A DNA stretch of 64,000 nucleotides from Phycisphaerae bacterium. GTDB lineage: Bacteria; Planctomycetota; Phycisphaerae; FEN-1346. Of the stretch, positions 44,721 through 53,320 are shown piece by piece. Below the pieces are notes generated by a model. The model had not been told where the DNA came from and did no database searches. It saw only the letters and a program-made list of their open reading frames with translations. The DNA is taken from contig JAWODB010000350.1 of NCBI GenBank assembly GCA_046483505.1, forward strand, positions 218-64,217, given 5' to 3'. The position numbers were made by a program, and so were the translations under genes. Each line of letters begins with the position of its first letter. Positions within the stretch are counted from its first letter, which is position 1.

Positions 44721-44846
44721 GCGCGGCGGGTCTCCGTACCCGCCGCGGAACAGGACGTAAGCGATTTCCGCGCGGCGGGTCTCCTGACCCGCCGCGTTCT
44801 TGTCGAGGCAGTGCAATTCCCGCGCGGCGGCCCTCCCGAGCCGCCG
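44721..44846. repeat. REP family A triplet downstream of porB
   Basis: Copies lie at 44721-44748, 44768-44796 and 44819-44846. The loops are TCTCCGTA, TCTCCTGA and CCCTCCCGAG. Confidence 0.85.
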
Positions 44847-44879
44847 CCCTTTCTTCACGCCCCTACATCATATCCCCGC

Positions 44880-44907
44880 GTGACAGCGTGCCACGATGGT
44901 GTAGAAT
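44880..44907 (+). promoter_or_regulatory. Candidate birA promoter
   Basis: GTGACA, 16-nt spacer, TAGAAT (44902-07). It lies just upstream of the GAGGAGG RBS and the GTG at 44926. Confidence 0.3.
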
Positions 44908-44925
44908 GGTTGCGAGGAGGCACCC

Positions 44926-45918
44926 GTGAACGCACGTGTCGCGTTGGCCCTTCGCCGCGCCCGGGGTGAGGCGCGGTCCGCCGAGGCCCTGGCCGAGGCC
45001 GTCGGCCGGTCCCCGGACGAGGTCGTGGCGGCGATTGAGGACCTCCCACGGTATGGCTTCCGCATCGAGTCGCATCCCATCCAGGGATTTCGCCTGTTGA
45101 GCAGCCCGGACGCCCTGATCGAGGACGAACTCACGTGCGACCTCGAAACGGCCCGTCCCGGTCGGACGGTCCGTTGCGTCGGGGAGACCACCTCGACCAA
45201 CGACCTGGCCTGGCAGGCGGTGGAGCAGGAAGGGGCCGAGGCCGACGGCCTGGCCGTCTTCGCCGAGTACCAGACCGCCGGCCGTGGCCGGCGCGGCAGC
45301 CGCTGGTTGGCCCCGCGGCACACGTCCATCCTGTGTTCGGTCGTGCTGATTGGGCTTCCCGGAGAGAAGGGCCGGGCCGTCCTGACGCGTGCGGCCTCCC
45401 TGGCCGCCGCAGAGGCCGTTGAAGCCGAAACGGGTCTGGACGTCGGCCTCCGATGGCCGAACGACCTTGTCATTGATGACCGCAAGGTCGGCGGTGTCCT
45501 GGTCGAGGCCCGGCCGGAGCGCGCCGGCGAGGGAGCGGCGGTCGTCGGCGTCGGCATGAACGCGACGCAGCGGCTGGAGGCCTTTCCCGCCGACATCCGG
45601 GACGGCGTGACGAGCCTGGCGGTGATCGGGGTGCGGGCCGACCGGACGCTGATCGCCCGGCGCCTCCTGGAGCGGCTGGATGCCGTCGTCCGAGAGATGG
45701 GCGCCGAGGGCAGGGCGGAGACCGTCCGTCAGGCTGCCGCACGGCGGTGCCGCACGCTCGGACGACGCATTACCGTCACCGACGGCACGGAGACGGTCGC
45801 CGGCGAGGTCGTGGACCTGGACCCGGATTACGCGCTCCTGTTGCGCCTCAGGGAGGGGACGATTCGCCGCCTTCCAGCCATGACGACGCACGTCGTATCA
45901 CAGTCCGTCGGCGGGTAG
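44926..45918 (+). CDS. birA: Biotin-[acetyl-CoA-carboxylase] ligase with N-terminal HTH (BirA)
   Basis: GTG start after GAGGAGG. 330 aa with an HTH region, the BPL motif QTAGRGRRGSRW and KWPND-like RWPNDLVIDDRKVGGVL. Confidence 0.85.
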   Translation: MNARVALALRRARGEARSAEALAEAVGRSPDEVVAAIEDLPRYGFRIESHPIQGFRLLSSPDALIEDELTCDLETARPGRTVRCVGETTSTNDLAWQAVEQEGAEADGLAVFAEYQTAGRGRRGSRWLAPRHTSILCSVVLIGLPGEKGRAVLTRAASLAAAEAVEAETGLDVGLRWPNDLVIDDRKVGGVLVEARPERAGEGAAVVGVGMNATQRLEAFPADIRDGVTSLAVIGVRADRTLIARRLLERLDAVVREMGAEGRAETVRQAAARRCRTLGRRITVTDGTETVAGEVVDLDPDYALLLRLREGTIRRLPAMTTHVVSQSVGG

Positions 45919-46074
45919 GATGGAAAACCCGGCGGAATTGGCCGGCGCGCGCAGCGTTGGAGCAGGATTAGGAGGAGCGGACTCTGGAAGGGGAGGCGGC
46001 CTGTAAGTCCTTTTTTGTCAAGGGGTTGCGCCGCGCGCCGCCTGCCTGGCCGAGACCGGCATTCGCGGCGACGT

Positions 46075-46102
46075 TTGACAGGCGGTGTGAATCTTGTAAA
46101 GT
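46075..46102 (+). promoter_or_regulatory. Near-consensus sigma70-like promoter in the long pilin upstream region
   Basis: TTGACA (46075-80), 16-nt spacer, TAAAGT (46097-102). Confidence 0.35.
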
Positions 46103-46127
46103 GGAGTACGTCGAGACGGAGAAGCAT

Positions 46128-46150
46128 GGGCCATGACCAGGCCCTTTTTT
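46128..46150 (+). terminator. Weak terminator-like hairpin plus T6
   Basis: GGGCC-ATGACCA-GGCCC followed by TTTTTT, about 20-40 nt after the promoter-like site at 46075-46102. Confidence 0.3.
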
Positions 46151-46499
46151 GCGGCCCGGTTTGTTAAGATAGGCGGCTTGGAAATCCTGGAAAAACCTGT
46201 GAAGGCAGGTTGGGATTTGGCCGATAGTCATACCACGTCGAGAAGCCGCAAGGCGAATCGATGACAAAGGGAAATGGAAATCGGGCGTGGCAGTCGGCAG
46301 TAGCGAGGTCCGGTCCGTCGTGCCGCTGCCCGGTCATCCGCGCCGAAAAAGGAGGTGAACGGCGACGGGGCGCGGCGGACTGAGAACGGCCGCCGGTATT
46401 CGGGCGGCGAGACGATGGGCCGGACTTAATCGGAGATAGAGGGGTTTTTGAAACGAGGATTGGCCCCACCGTGGGCGACGAACGTAGAAGGAGATTACG

Positions 46500-47006
46500 G
46501 TGATGAAACGCGTGGCAACAAAAGGCTTCACCCTGGTTGAGATTCTGATCGTGGTCATCATTCTCGGTATTCTGGCGGCGATCGTCATCCCGCAGTTTAC
46601 CGAGGCCTCTGCCGAGGCGAGGGTCAGCAACCTCATGACCAACCTCCAGACCATTCGCAGCCAACTGCTGCTCTACAAGACCCAGCACCTCGAGAACTAC
46701 CCGGCCGATGCGGCGGGCGAAGGCGATGCCGAGTTCGAAGACGAGATGTGCAACTACAGCGACGAGGACGGCGTCACCCAGGCGACGCCCGACTCGGACC
46801 ATCCGTACGGCCCGTACCTGACTTCCGTGCCGATCAACCCCATGTCCAACGACAACACCGTTCGCGTGGTGCAGGACGGCGCCGCGGTGTTCGCGGCGCC
46901 GCAGGCCGACGGCGGGTGGTACTTCAACTCCGTCACCGGCGAGTTCCGCGCGGACCTGACCGACACTCACACCACGAGCGACGGCACGGCCTTGAACGAA
47001 CTGTAA
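46500..47006 (+). CDS. Type IV pilin / GspG-like major (pseudo)pilin
   Basis: 168 aa reading MMKRVATKGFTLVEILIVVIILGILAAIVIPQF (prepilin leader, G|F cleavage site, Glu5). GAAGGAG RBS upstream. A stem-loop plus T-run terminator lies downstream. Confidence 0.8.
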   Translation: MMKRVATKGFTLVEILIVVIILGILAAIVIPQFTEASAEARVSNLMTNLQTIRSQLLLYKTQHLENYPADAAGEGDAEFEDEMCNYSDEDGVTQATPDSDHPYGPYLTSVPINPMSNDNTVRVVQDGAAVFAAPQADGGWYFNSVTGEFRADLTDTHTTSDGTALNEL

Positions 47007-47068
47007 CACGCTGTGGGTGCGCAGCGGTGACCGCCAGCCTCTTCGTGTAGGGGCGAAGAGGCAGGGAA

Positions 47069-47114
47069 CCGGAGGCAGGGGCGCTTGGTGCGTCCGCTGC
47101 CTCCGGTCGTTTTA
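47069..47114 (+). terminator. Terminator downstream of the pilin gene
   Basis: A 10-bp stem CCGGAGGCAG / CTGCCTCCGG followed by TCGTTTTA. It is preceded by a second hairpin, GCCTCTTCG / CGAAGAGGC, at 47037-47062. Confidence 0.55.
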
Positions 47115-47126
47115 CAGGGCCGCACC

Positions 47127-47290
47127 CTTAGAGCCTATCCGGATAGCCCTCTGGCTTCGGCCGGCTGCGGCGGGCGCGAGCGGCGTCGGGCTGCATCGCC
47201 AACCGAGCGACGGGTTGCCTGCTTCGCCCTCCTTGCCGGCGGCCGCCTCGCTCGGCCTCGGGCCGACGAGGGGTCATCCGGATAGGCTCT
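47127..47290. repeat. Palindromic element family B, expanded copy (about 98 nt between the arms)
   Basis: The left arm at 47127-47162 and the right arm at 47261-47290 match the arms of the copy at 40448-40519. Confidence 0.8.
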
Positions 47291-47472
47291 GGGGGTCGGC
47301 GCGGTGACTGCCACCTCGGATTGCCGGAAGGACGCTGCGGGCGGACGGACGATGCCGGCACAAGCGGCAGCCGGCGGGTCCCAAGCGGCTGGAATTGGTT
47401 GGCTCCAAGTCGCCGAATGGCTGAAGCCCGGCTGGCGGCCGTGCCGATAAACGCTATGCCGTATCCCGAGAA

Positions 47473-47497
47473 CAGACGCACGGCGTCTGGTTTTTTT
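47473..47497 (+). terminator. Intrinsic terminator/attenuator 43 nt upstream of the pilus assembly operon
   Basis: Stem CAGACGC-ACG-GCGTCTG, then G and seven T residues (47491-47497). Confidence 0.55.
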
Positions 47498-47539
47498 CGG
47501 GCCATAGATGTCAAGTTAGGAAGGTTAGGAGGACTGGGA

Positions 47540-47851
47540 ATGCTCGAGCGGAGCCTCAGAAATATCGCCCACGGGCTGTTGCTGGTGGCGGCCATGCTGG
47601 CCCTCATCGCGGCCGGTCTCTGGTTTCGCGGGGCCGACCTGGAGCCCGAAGCCGTCGCGCGAGGCAAGCCCATCAGCACCAAAGACACCGGCATCCCGGA
47701 CTCCGGGCGCCAGCGGCAGATGATCGTGACGGAACTGAAGGCCGTGAACGGCCGTCTGAAGGCCATCGAGTCGGCCCTGCGCGACGGCGAGTACACGATC
47801 CAAACGAAGCCGCTGGCCGACGACGGTGCCGCGGCGGGAGGAAACCCGTGA
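47540..47851 (+). CDS. Hypothetical single-pass membrane protein
   Basis: ATG at 47540 after AGGAGGA, in ORF 47321..47851. It has one TM helix (HGLLLVAAMLALIAAGLWF) and a short coiled segment. The stop overlaps the next gene's GTG. Confidence 0.45.
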   Translation: MLERSLRNIAHGLLLVAAMLALIAAGLWFRGADLEPEAVARGKPISTKDTGIPDSGRQRQMIVTELKAVNGRLKAIESALRDGEYTIQTKPLADDGAAAGGNP

Positions 47852-48369
47852 ACGCCGACCGCGCCACAACACGCGGCGCCTTTACCCTGGTCGAACTGCT
47901 GATGGTGATCACGATTCTCATCATCGCCGCCGCCGTCGTCATTCCGAACATCGGTGCAGCGAGCGATACGCAGGCGATGAGCGCGGCCAGGATCGTGGCC
48001 GCCGACCTCGAGGTCACGCGCGACCTTGCCCTGAAGACCCAGCGGCCGCACACCATGCTCTTCAGCAGCGACTCGCAGTCTTACAAGGTGGTGTCGGACT
48101 ACGGCGGCGAGCCGTACACGTCGGCCGAAGCCATCGAGCACCCGGTCCTGGAGGGCCGCGCGTTCGAGGTCACCCTGGCCGAGCGCAACGGCATGAGCGC
48201 GGTCGTGGTGGCCAACGTTTCCTTCGGCGGCGACGCATACGTCACGTTCAACGAACTCGGCGAACCTTCCTCGTCCGGCTCGATCACGGTGGAGGCCGGC
48301 GACGTGCAGATCCGCGTGGCCGTCGCGGGCCTGACGGGAAGCGTCTCGACCATCCGGCTGGCGAACTGA
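47848..48369 (+). CDS. GspH/FimT-like minor pseudopilin
   Basis: 173 aa with GAFTLVELLMVITILIIAAAVVIPN followed by AARIVAADLEVTRDLAL, typical of the GspH family. Confidence 0.7.
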   Translation: MNADRATTRGAFTLVELLMVITILIIAAAVVIPNIGAASDTQAMSAARIVAADLEVTRDLALKTQRPHTMLFSSDSQSYKVVSDYGGEPYTSAEAIEHPVLEGRAFEVTLAERNGMSAVVVANVSFGGDAYVTFNELGEPSSSGSITVEAGDVQIRVAVAGLTGSVSTIRLAN

Positions 48370-48388
48370 CCAGGACAAGGGGCGGACG

Positions 48389-49489
48389 GTGGCCCAGTTA
48401 CCGATTGGCGTCGACATTGGAAGCACGGCGGTCCGCATGCTCCAGGTGGGCGGCAGCGAGCGCGACCTGCGCGTGGTCGACGCCGGAAAGATCGCGATGC
48501 CCCGCGAGGCCACCGACCGGCCCGAGGGCCGACGCGACGCCGTCGCCGACGCCGTCCGTCGGCTCATGAAGGAGCGGCGGTTCCGCGGCCGCGAGGCCGT
48601 CATGGCCCTCGCGCCGGAGCAGGCGTCCGTGCGGAACATCCGGATGCCCGCCATGGACGCCGCCGAACTCGACGGGGCCGTTCACTGGGAGGCCCAGAAC
48701 AAGTTTCCGTTCGACACGGCGACGGCCGTCATCCAGTACCAGCGGGCGGGGCAGGTGACCCAGGGCAACGAGGCCCTGGAGGAGATCATCGTGTTTGCGG
48801 CCCCGCGGGCGGAGGTCGATGCCGCGATCGACCTGGCGTCCGAGGCGGGACTGACCCTCGTCAGCCTCGACGCCGAGCCGTGCACCATCTTCCGCGGCTT
48901 CGAGCGGTTTCTCCAGCGGCGCGAGGACGAGGAGGTGGCCAGTGTGATCGCCGACGTCGGCGCCCGCACGAAGGTGGTGATCTCCCGCGGCCGCGAAATC
49001 GTGTTCGTGAAGACGATTCCCATCGGCGGGGCCGTCTTCAACCGGGCGGTGGCCGAATGCCTGGACCTGGAACCGGCCGAGGCCGAGGCCCTGAGGCGAC
49101 GCATCGGCGGCCGTGCCGCCGAGGGCGAGATCGACGAGCACGACCGGGCCGCCAGGGCCGTGGCCGATGCCATCCGGCCGCACCTGGAGGACCTGGCCGA
49201 CGAAATCGGCCTCTGTCTGCGGTATTACAGTGTGACGTTCCGCGCGCCCCGGCCCGAGACACTCCAGTTGACGGGCGGCGAGGCGCATAACCCGACGATC
49301 CCGGCGGCCCTCGGCAACCGCCTCGGCATGCGCGCCGAGGTAGCCGACCCGTTCCGGAGGGTCCGGACCGACCACCTCGACCCCGTCCTGGACCGGCGTG
49401 GCATCCGGGCGGAGTGGGCCACGGCGTTCGGACTGAGCCTGAAAGGTTTCCACCTGGACAGGGTGGCGTCCGGGCAATACGCGGCCTAG
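48389..49489 (+). CDS. pilM: Type IV pilus assembly protein PilM (actin-like)
   Basis: 366 aa with PIGVDIGSTAVRMLQV and an ASKHA fold pattern, followed by PilN/PilO-like genes. Confidence 0.85.
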   Translation: MAQLPIGVDIGSTAVRMLQVGGSERDLRVVDAGKIAMPREATDRPEGRRDAVADAVRRLMKERRFRGREAVMALAPEQASVRNIRMPAMDAAELDGAVHWEAQNKFPFDTATAVIQYQRAGQVTQGNEALEEIIVFAAPRAEVDAAIDLASEAGLTLVSLDAEPCTIFRGFERFLQRREDEEVASVIADVGARTKVVISRGREIVFVKTIPIGGAVFNRAVAECLDLEPAEAEALRRRIGGRAAEGEIDEHDRAARAVADAIRPHLEDLADEIGLCLRYYSVTFRAPRPETLQLTGGEAHNPTIPAALGNRLGMRAEVADPFRRVRTDHLDPVLDRRGIRAEWATAFGLSLKGFHLDRVASGQYAA

Positions 49490-49504
49490 GCGAGGAGCCC
49501 GATC

Positions 49505-50089
49505 GTGCGCGAACTCGAATTCCTCCCGGAAGAGTACCTCCGGGCCCGGTTCCAGCGGCGAATCGGGTTCATCCGGTCGTGGCTGCTGCTGGCCATCGGG
49601 CTGGCCATGGTCCTGTACAGCATGCAGATGGGCACGTGGGTCCGCGACGCGCGGGCCGAACTGCGGGCCCTTCAGGGCACGGGCACCGCCGTCAAGGGCG
49701 ATGTCGAGAAGGTTCGTCGCCTCCGCGAAGAGGCCCGGACGTACAGCGAGCGGATCGAAGTGGCCGAGGCGCTCCAGCCCCGCACCACCGTCACGGCGGT
49801 GCTGGCCGACCTCGTCGCGGCGCTGCCCGAGGCGGTGTGCGTCGAAAGGCTGGAGGTCCTCTGGCCGGCGGACGATACGGCGGAGCCCGCCACCGTCCGG
49901 CTGGAAGGGGCGGCCGGCAGCGAGAAACAGGTGACCCTGGCGGTGGCCCGTCTCGACGCGTCGCCGCGCTTCGGCCGAACGATCCTGGTCGAATCGCGCC
50001 TGGCGGAGGAGGCGCCCGCTGGCGGTCGCACGTTCGCCCTGGAGACGCGCGTCATCGGCGTGGACGCAGAGCAGGGAGAGTCGCCGTGA
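49505..50089 (+). CDS. PilN-like fimbrial assembly protein
   Basis: 194 aa with N-terminal LEFLPEEYLRARFQRR, one TM helix and a coiled region. It sits directly after pilM. Confidence 0.65.
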   Translation: MRELEFLPEEYLRARFQRRIGFIRSWLLLAIGLAMVLYSMQMGTWVRDARAELRALQGTGTAVKGDVEKVRRLREEARTYSERIEVAEALQPRTTVTAVLADLVAALPEAVCVERLEVLWPADDTAEPATVRLEGAAGSEKQVTLAVARLDASPRFGRTILVESRLAEEAPAGGRTFALETRVIGVDAEQGESP

Positions 50090-50733
50090 CGGATGCCCAA
50101 CCGACGCCCCGGCGTTTTGCGATCGACCGCCAGCAACTGCTGATCCTGCTGGTGGCCTCGGTCATGGTGGGCAGTTTCGCCCTGTTCATCCTCTGGCCGA
50201 GACACCGCGAACTGGCCGACCTCGATCACGCCGTCAGCCAGCAGCGTTGGCTGCTGAGCCAGCGGGTGGCGGCCAGCCAGGAAGGCATGCTCGTCTCGGC
50301 CCGCATCCCGGGTCTGCGGAAGGCCCAGGGCCGGATCGAGCGGTGCCTCCCGCGCGGCCCGGACGTGGCCGGTTTCCTGCAGATGATGAACGCGGCCCTG
50401 GCCGAGATGCCCGCCGTCAGCCACGAGGTCACGCGGTCCGGCGAGGCCGAGAGCGGGTCCAGGCCGTCGGTGCCGCTGTGCCTGCGCCTTCGCGGGCCGT
50501 TCGAGGAGGTCTACCGCAGCCTGGGGGCGATCGAGCGGCTGGAGCGGCTCAGCCGCTTTCGCCGCGTCCGCTTCACCCGGACCGGGGCCAACGGCGAGGT
50601 GCTGGCCGAGGCCCAACTGGTTATCTACTACCTGCCCGACGGGCAGGCCGTCGATGAATACCCGCCCCGGGGCGCGACGACGGCCGAGGCGCGACCGGAA
50701 CCCTCCAGGACACAGGAGCACCAGGCGTCATGA
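50086..50733 (+). CDS. PilO-like pilus assembly protein
   Basis: The GTG at 50086 overlaps the pilN-like stop, in frame of ORF 49414..50733. It has one TM helix, then a coiled coil and a ferredoxin-like C-terminus (LCLRLRGPFEEVYRSLGAIERL). Confidence 0.55.
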   Translation: MTDAQPTPRRFAIDRQQLLILLVASVMVGSFALFILWPRHRELADLDHAVSQQRWLLSQRVAASQEGMLVSARIPGLRKAQGRIERCLPRGPDVAGFLQMMNAALAEMPAVSHEVTRSGEAESGSRPSVPLCLRLRGPFEEVYRSLGAIERLERLSRFRRVRFTRTGANGEVLAEAQLVIYYLPDGQAVDEYPPRGATTAEARPEPSRTQEHQAS

Positions 50734-51344
50734 GTGCGGCAGCGGCATTGCGACGCATCGCGACGTTCGTCCAGACCTGGCTCGTCGGGGCCGGTGCCGG
50801 CGGCCGGCGGACGAGCCAGGGCCGGTGGCTTCACGTCGGCCTGACCGTCACGCTGCTGGCGGCCGGCGTGGCCGCCTGGGCCGTGGCGCTCATCCAGCCC
50901 TGGAAGGCGAAGGCGGCCGACCGGGGCATCGTGGCCGTCCGGGGGCAGCCGGCGCCGCAGCCGGTTCGCGAGGCGGCCGAGGAGGCTGAGCAATTGTTCG
51001 AGCCGGCGACGCCGACGGTGCTGCCCGTCCTGGCGCGGAACCCGTTCGCGACGCCCGGCCTGGCCGAGGCGACGGACGCGGCGCCCCGGCCGACGTCTGC
51101 GCCGCCGGAGGAGCCGCCTTGCCCGGGCGGCGGTGCGGCGACGGCGAAACATGTGGCCGAGACCGCGCGGGACCTGCAACTGAAAGCGACCGTCCGCTCC
51201 ACGAGGGGTGAGCGGTGGGTCGTCATTAACGACAGGGTGTATCGCGAGGGGGATGAGGTGGCCGGCCTGACCCTGGTGGAGATCGGCGAGACGTGCGCCA
51301 CGCTCCGCCGCGGCGGGGTCACCTGTGTGATCCGAATGGACTAA
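50730..51344 (+). CDS. PilP/GspC-like protein (hypothetical)
   Basis: 204 aa with one TM helix, a Pro-rich linker and a C-terminal beta domain (LQLKATVRSTRGERWVVINDRVYREGDEVAGLTLVEIGETCATL) resembling PilP/GspC HR domains. It sits between the pilO-like gene and the secretin. Confidence 0.4.
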   Translation: MSAAAALRRIATFVQTWLVGAGAGGRRTSQGRWLHVGLTVTLLAAGVAAWAVALIQPWKAKAADRGIVAVRGQPAPQPVREAAEEAEQLFEPATPTVLPVLARNPFATPGLAEATDAAPRPTSAPPEEPPCPGGGAATAKHVAETARDLQLKATVRSTRGERWVVINDRVYREGDEVAGLTLVEIGETCATLRRGGVTCVIRMD

Positions 51345-51358
51345 GGAGGGAGATCGTC

Positions 51359-53320
51359 ATGGGGACGCAGAGACCCCCACAACCCGTACACTGGTGCCGC
51401 GTGATGCTGGCGGCGGCCGTCGTGCTGGCCGCGGCTGCCGCCGTGGCGGCCGCCGAGGAAGCCGCCGAGGCGGACCCGGAGACGACGGCAGCGTCGGAGC
51501 AGCCCCCGCCCGCTGTGGGCGACGCGCCGGCCGCTGACGCCGCCGGCAAGACACAGGCGGCGCCGACGGCCGCCGGCAACATCGAACTGCACGTCAAGAA
51601 CGACGACCTCACCAACGTCCTGGAACTGCTCTCGCAGCAGTACCGGCTGAATATTGTGGCCAGCAAGGGCGCCACGGGCAAGGTGACGGCCGATCTCTAT
51701 GACGTGACGGTCGAGGAGGCGCTCGACGCCATCTGCCGGGCCGCCGACCTCGGCTGGAGGCGCGAGAACGGCGTCATCTACATCTACACCGCCCAGCAAC
51801 TCAAGGCCATGGCCGAGGACGAGTCGCGCCTCGAGACCGAGGTCTTCGAGTTGAACTGGCTTTCCGCCCAGGAGGCCGTCAACCTCCTGGACCCGCTCAA
51901 GTCGCAGCAGGGCAGCGTGACCGGCAGCCAGGATCCCGAAACGGGTATCCCCTCCGGCGCGAGCGGCGGGACGGGCGGCAACTCGCTGTGCCTCTCCGAC
52001 ACCGTCGTGGCCCGCGACTTCCCGGAGAACCTCGAGCGCATGCGCGAGGTCATCCGCAGGATGGACCGCCGGCCGCGGCAGGTCCTCGTCGAGGCCACCA
52101 TCCTCCGGGCCACGCTCAACGACAACACCAGCCTCGGCATCGACTTCAACGTGCTGGCGGGCATCGATTTCCGCGATCTCTCCGACACGAACGTCCCCAT
52201 CCGGGACGTGACGGCCAACATGGATCCCACGAACCCGGGCGCGCCCGCCATGACCGTCCCCGCCGAGCAGAAACCGTTCGGCAACGTCAGCCAGGTGGGC
52301 TTCGCCGGTCCCGGCCCGGGCTTGAACATCGGCGTCATGACTAACGGCGTCTCGCTGTTCGTCCGGGCGATGGAGGCGGTCACGGACACCACCGTCATCA
52401 GCAACCCGAAGGTCCTGGCCCTGAACAAGCAGCGGGCCGAGGTCATCGTCGGCGAACGCCTCGGGTACCTGACGACCACCGTGACCGAGACCAGCGCCAT
52501 CCAGGCGGTGGAGTTCATCGAGAGCGGCACGCAGTTGATCTTCCGGCCGTTCATCGGCGACGACGGGTACGTGCGGATGGAAATCCACCCCGAGCTCTCC
52601 TCCGGCGAAATCGTCAACGACCTGCCCCGCGAGGATACCACCGAGGTCACCTGCAACGTCATGGTCAAGGACGGGCACACCATCGTCATCGGCTGCCTGT
52701 TCGACGAGGACGTTTCGATTGCCCGCAGCCAGGTGCCCGGCCTGGGCAACATTCCGGGCCTGGGCTGGCTGTTCCGCAGCAAGACGGACCAGACCATCCG
52801 CAACGAAGTCATCATCCTCCTGACGCCGCACATCATCGAGCACGAGGAGGACGCCGCCGCCTTGGGCGAAAGCGTCATGTCCGACGTGCGCCGCCGAGCG
52901 CTCGGCATCCGCGAGGGGTTCAGTTTCTTCACCCGCGAGCGGATCACCATCGGCTACGTCCAGGCCGCTCAGGAGGCCTGGGCACGCTACCAACAGACCG
53001 GCCGCGACTCGGACCTCAACGAGGCCTGCTGGAACGTCCAGATCGCCACCGACGTGGCCCCGAACAACCTCGACGCCCTCCGCCTGAAGGACAAGGTCCT
53101 GACCGCCAAGAACGGCGAGCCCTACACGCCGCCGGACGTCACCATCTGGGACAGCATCCGCGAGCGGATGCGGATGATCGACACGGCGCGCGGCGTGGCG
53201 ATGCCCCGCAAGGCCAAGTTCCGCGTGCCCGAGAAGACGCCTCCTTCCGGCTCCCGCCCGACAGCCGACGAGACGCCCGAGACGCCCGAACAAACGAAGG
53301 AGGACCCCGATGCGAACTAA
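51359..53320 (+). CDS. Secretin (PilQ/GspD family) with C-terminal extension
   Basis: ATG at 51359 after AAGGAGGG, in ORF 51293..53320. It has a signal peptide, an STN/N0-like domain (NIELHVKNDDLTNVLELLSQQYRLNIV) and a secretin domain (QVLVEATILRATLND..LGIDF.., VPGLGNIPGLGWLFRS). Confidence 0.85.
   Translation: MGTQRPPQPVHWCRVMLAAAVVLAAAAAVAAAEEAAEADPETTAASEQPPPAVGDAPAADAAGKTQAAPTAAGNIELHVKNDDLTNVLELLSQQYRLNIVASKGATGKVTADLYDVTVEEALDAICRAADLGWRRENGVIYIYTAQQLKAMAEDESRLETEVFELNWLSAQEAVNLLDPLKSQQGSVTGSQDPETGIPSGASGGTGGNSLCLSDTVVARDFPENLERMREVIRRMDRRPRQVLVEATILRATLNDNTSLGIDFNVLAGIDFRDLSDTNVPIRDVTANMDPTNPGAPAMTVPAEQKPFGNVSQVGFAGPGPGLNIGVMTNGVSLFVRAMEAVTDTTVISNPKVLALNKQRAEVIVGERLGYLTTTVTETSAIQAVEFIESGTQLIFRPFIGDDGYVRMEIHPELSSGEIVNDLPREDTTEVTCNVMVKDGHTIVIGCLFDEDVSIARSQVPGLGNIPGLGWLFRSKTDQTIRNEVIILLTPHIIEHEEDAAALGESVMSDVRRRALGIREGFSFFTRERITIGYVQAAQEAWARYQQTGRDSDLNEACWNVQIATDVAPNNLDALRLKDKVLTAKNGEPYTPPDVTIWDSIRERMRMIDTARGVAMPRKAKFRVPEKTPPSGSRPTADETPETPEQTKEDPDAN

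Noticed and set aside
44721-44846. Three evenly spaced 28-nt palindromic repeats (also 33442-33572) resembling a mini CRISPR array
   Set aside because: The spacers are only about 20-24 nt, and the repeats are not identical to each other. The same repeat is dispersed singly and in inverted pairs across the window. No cas genes or leader are present. This fits a REP/BIME cluster, not a CRISPR array.
46455-46480. Sigma54-type promoter upstream of the pilin (TGGCCCCACCGTGGGCG)
   Set aside because: The GG-to-GC spacing is off by one relative to TGGCAC-N5-TTGC, and the -12 TTGC element is missing. The match is too weak to call.
47291-47470. c-di-GMP riboswitch in the leader of the pilus assembly operon
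   Set aside because: I could not find the GEMM-I hallmarks (GGCAAACC, GACGCAAAGCC, a tetraloop/receptor pair) or anything I could confidently assign to class II. The region is retained only as an unclassified attenuator candidate pending a covariance-model search.
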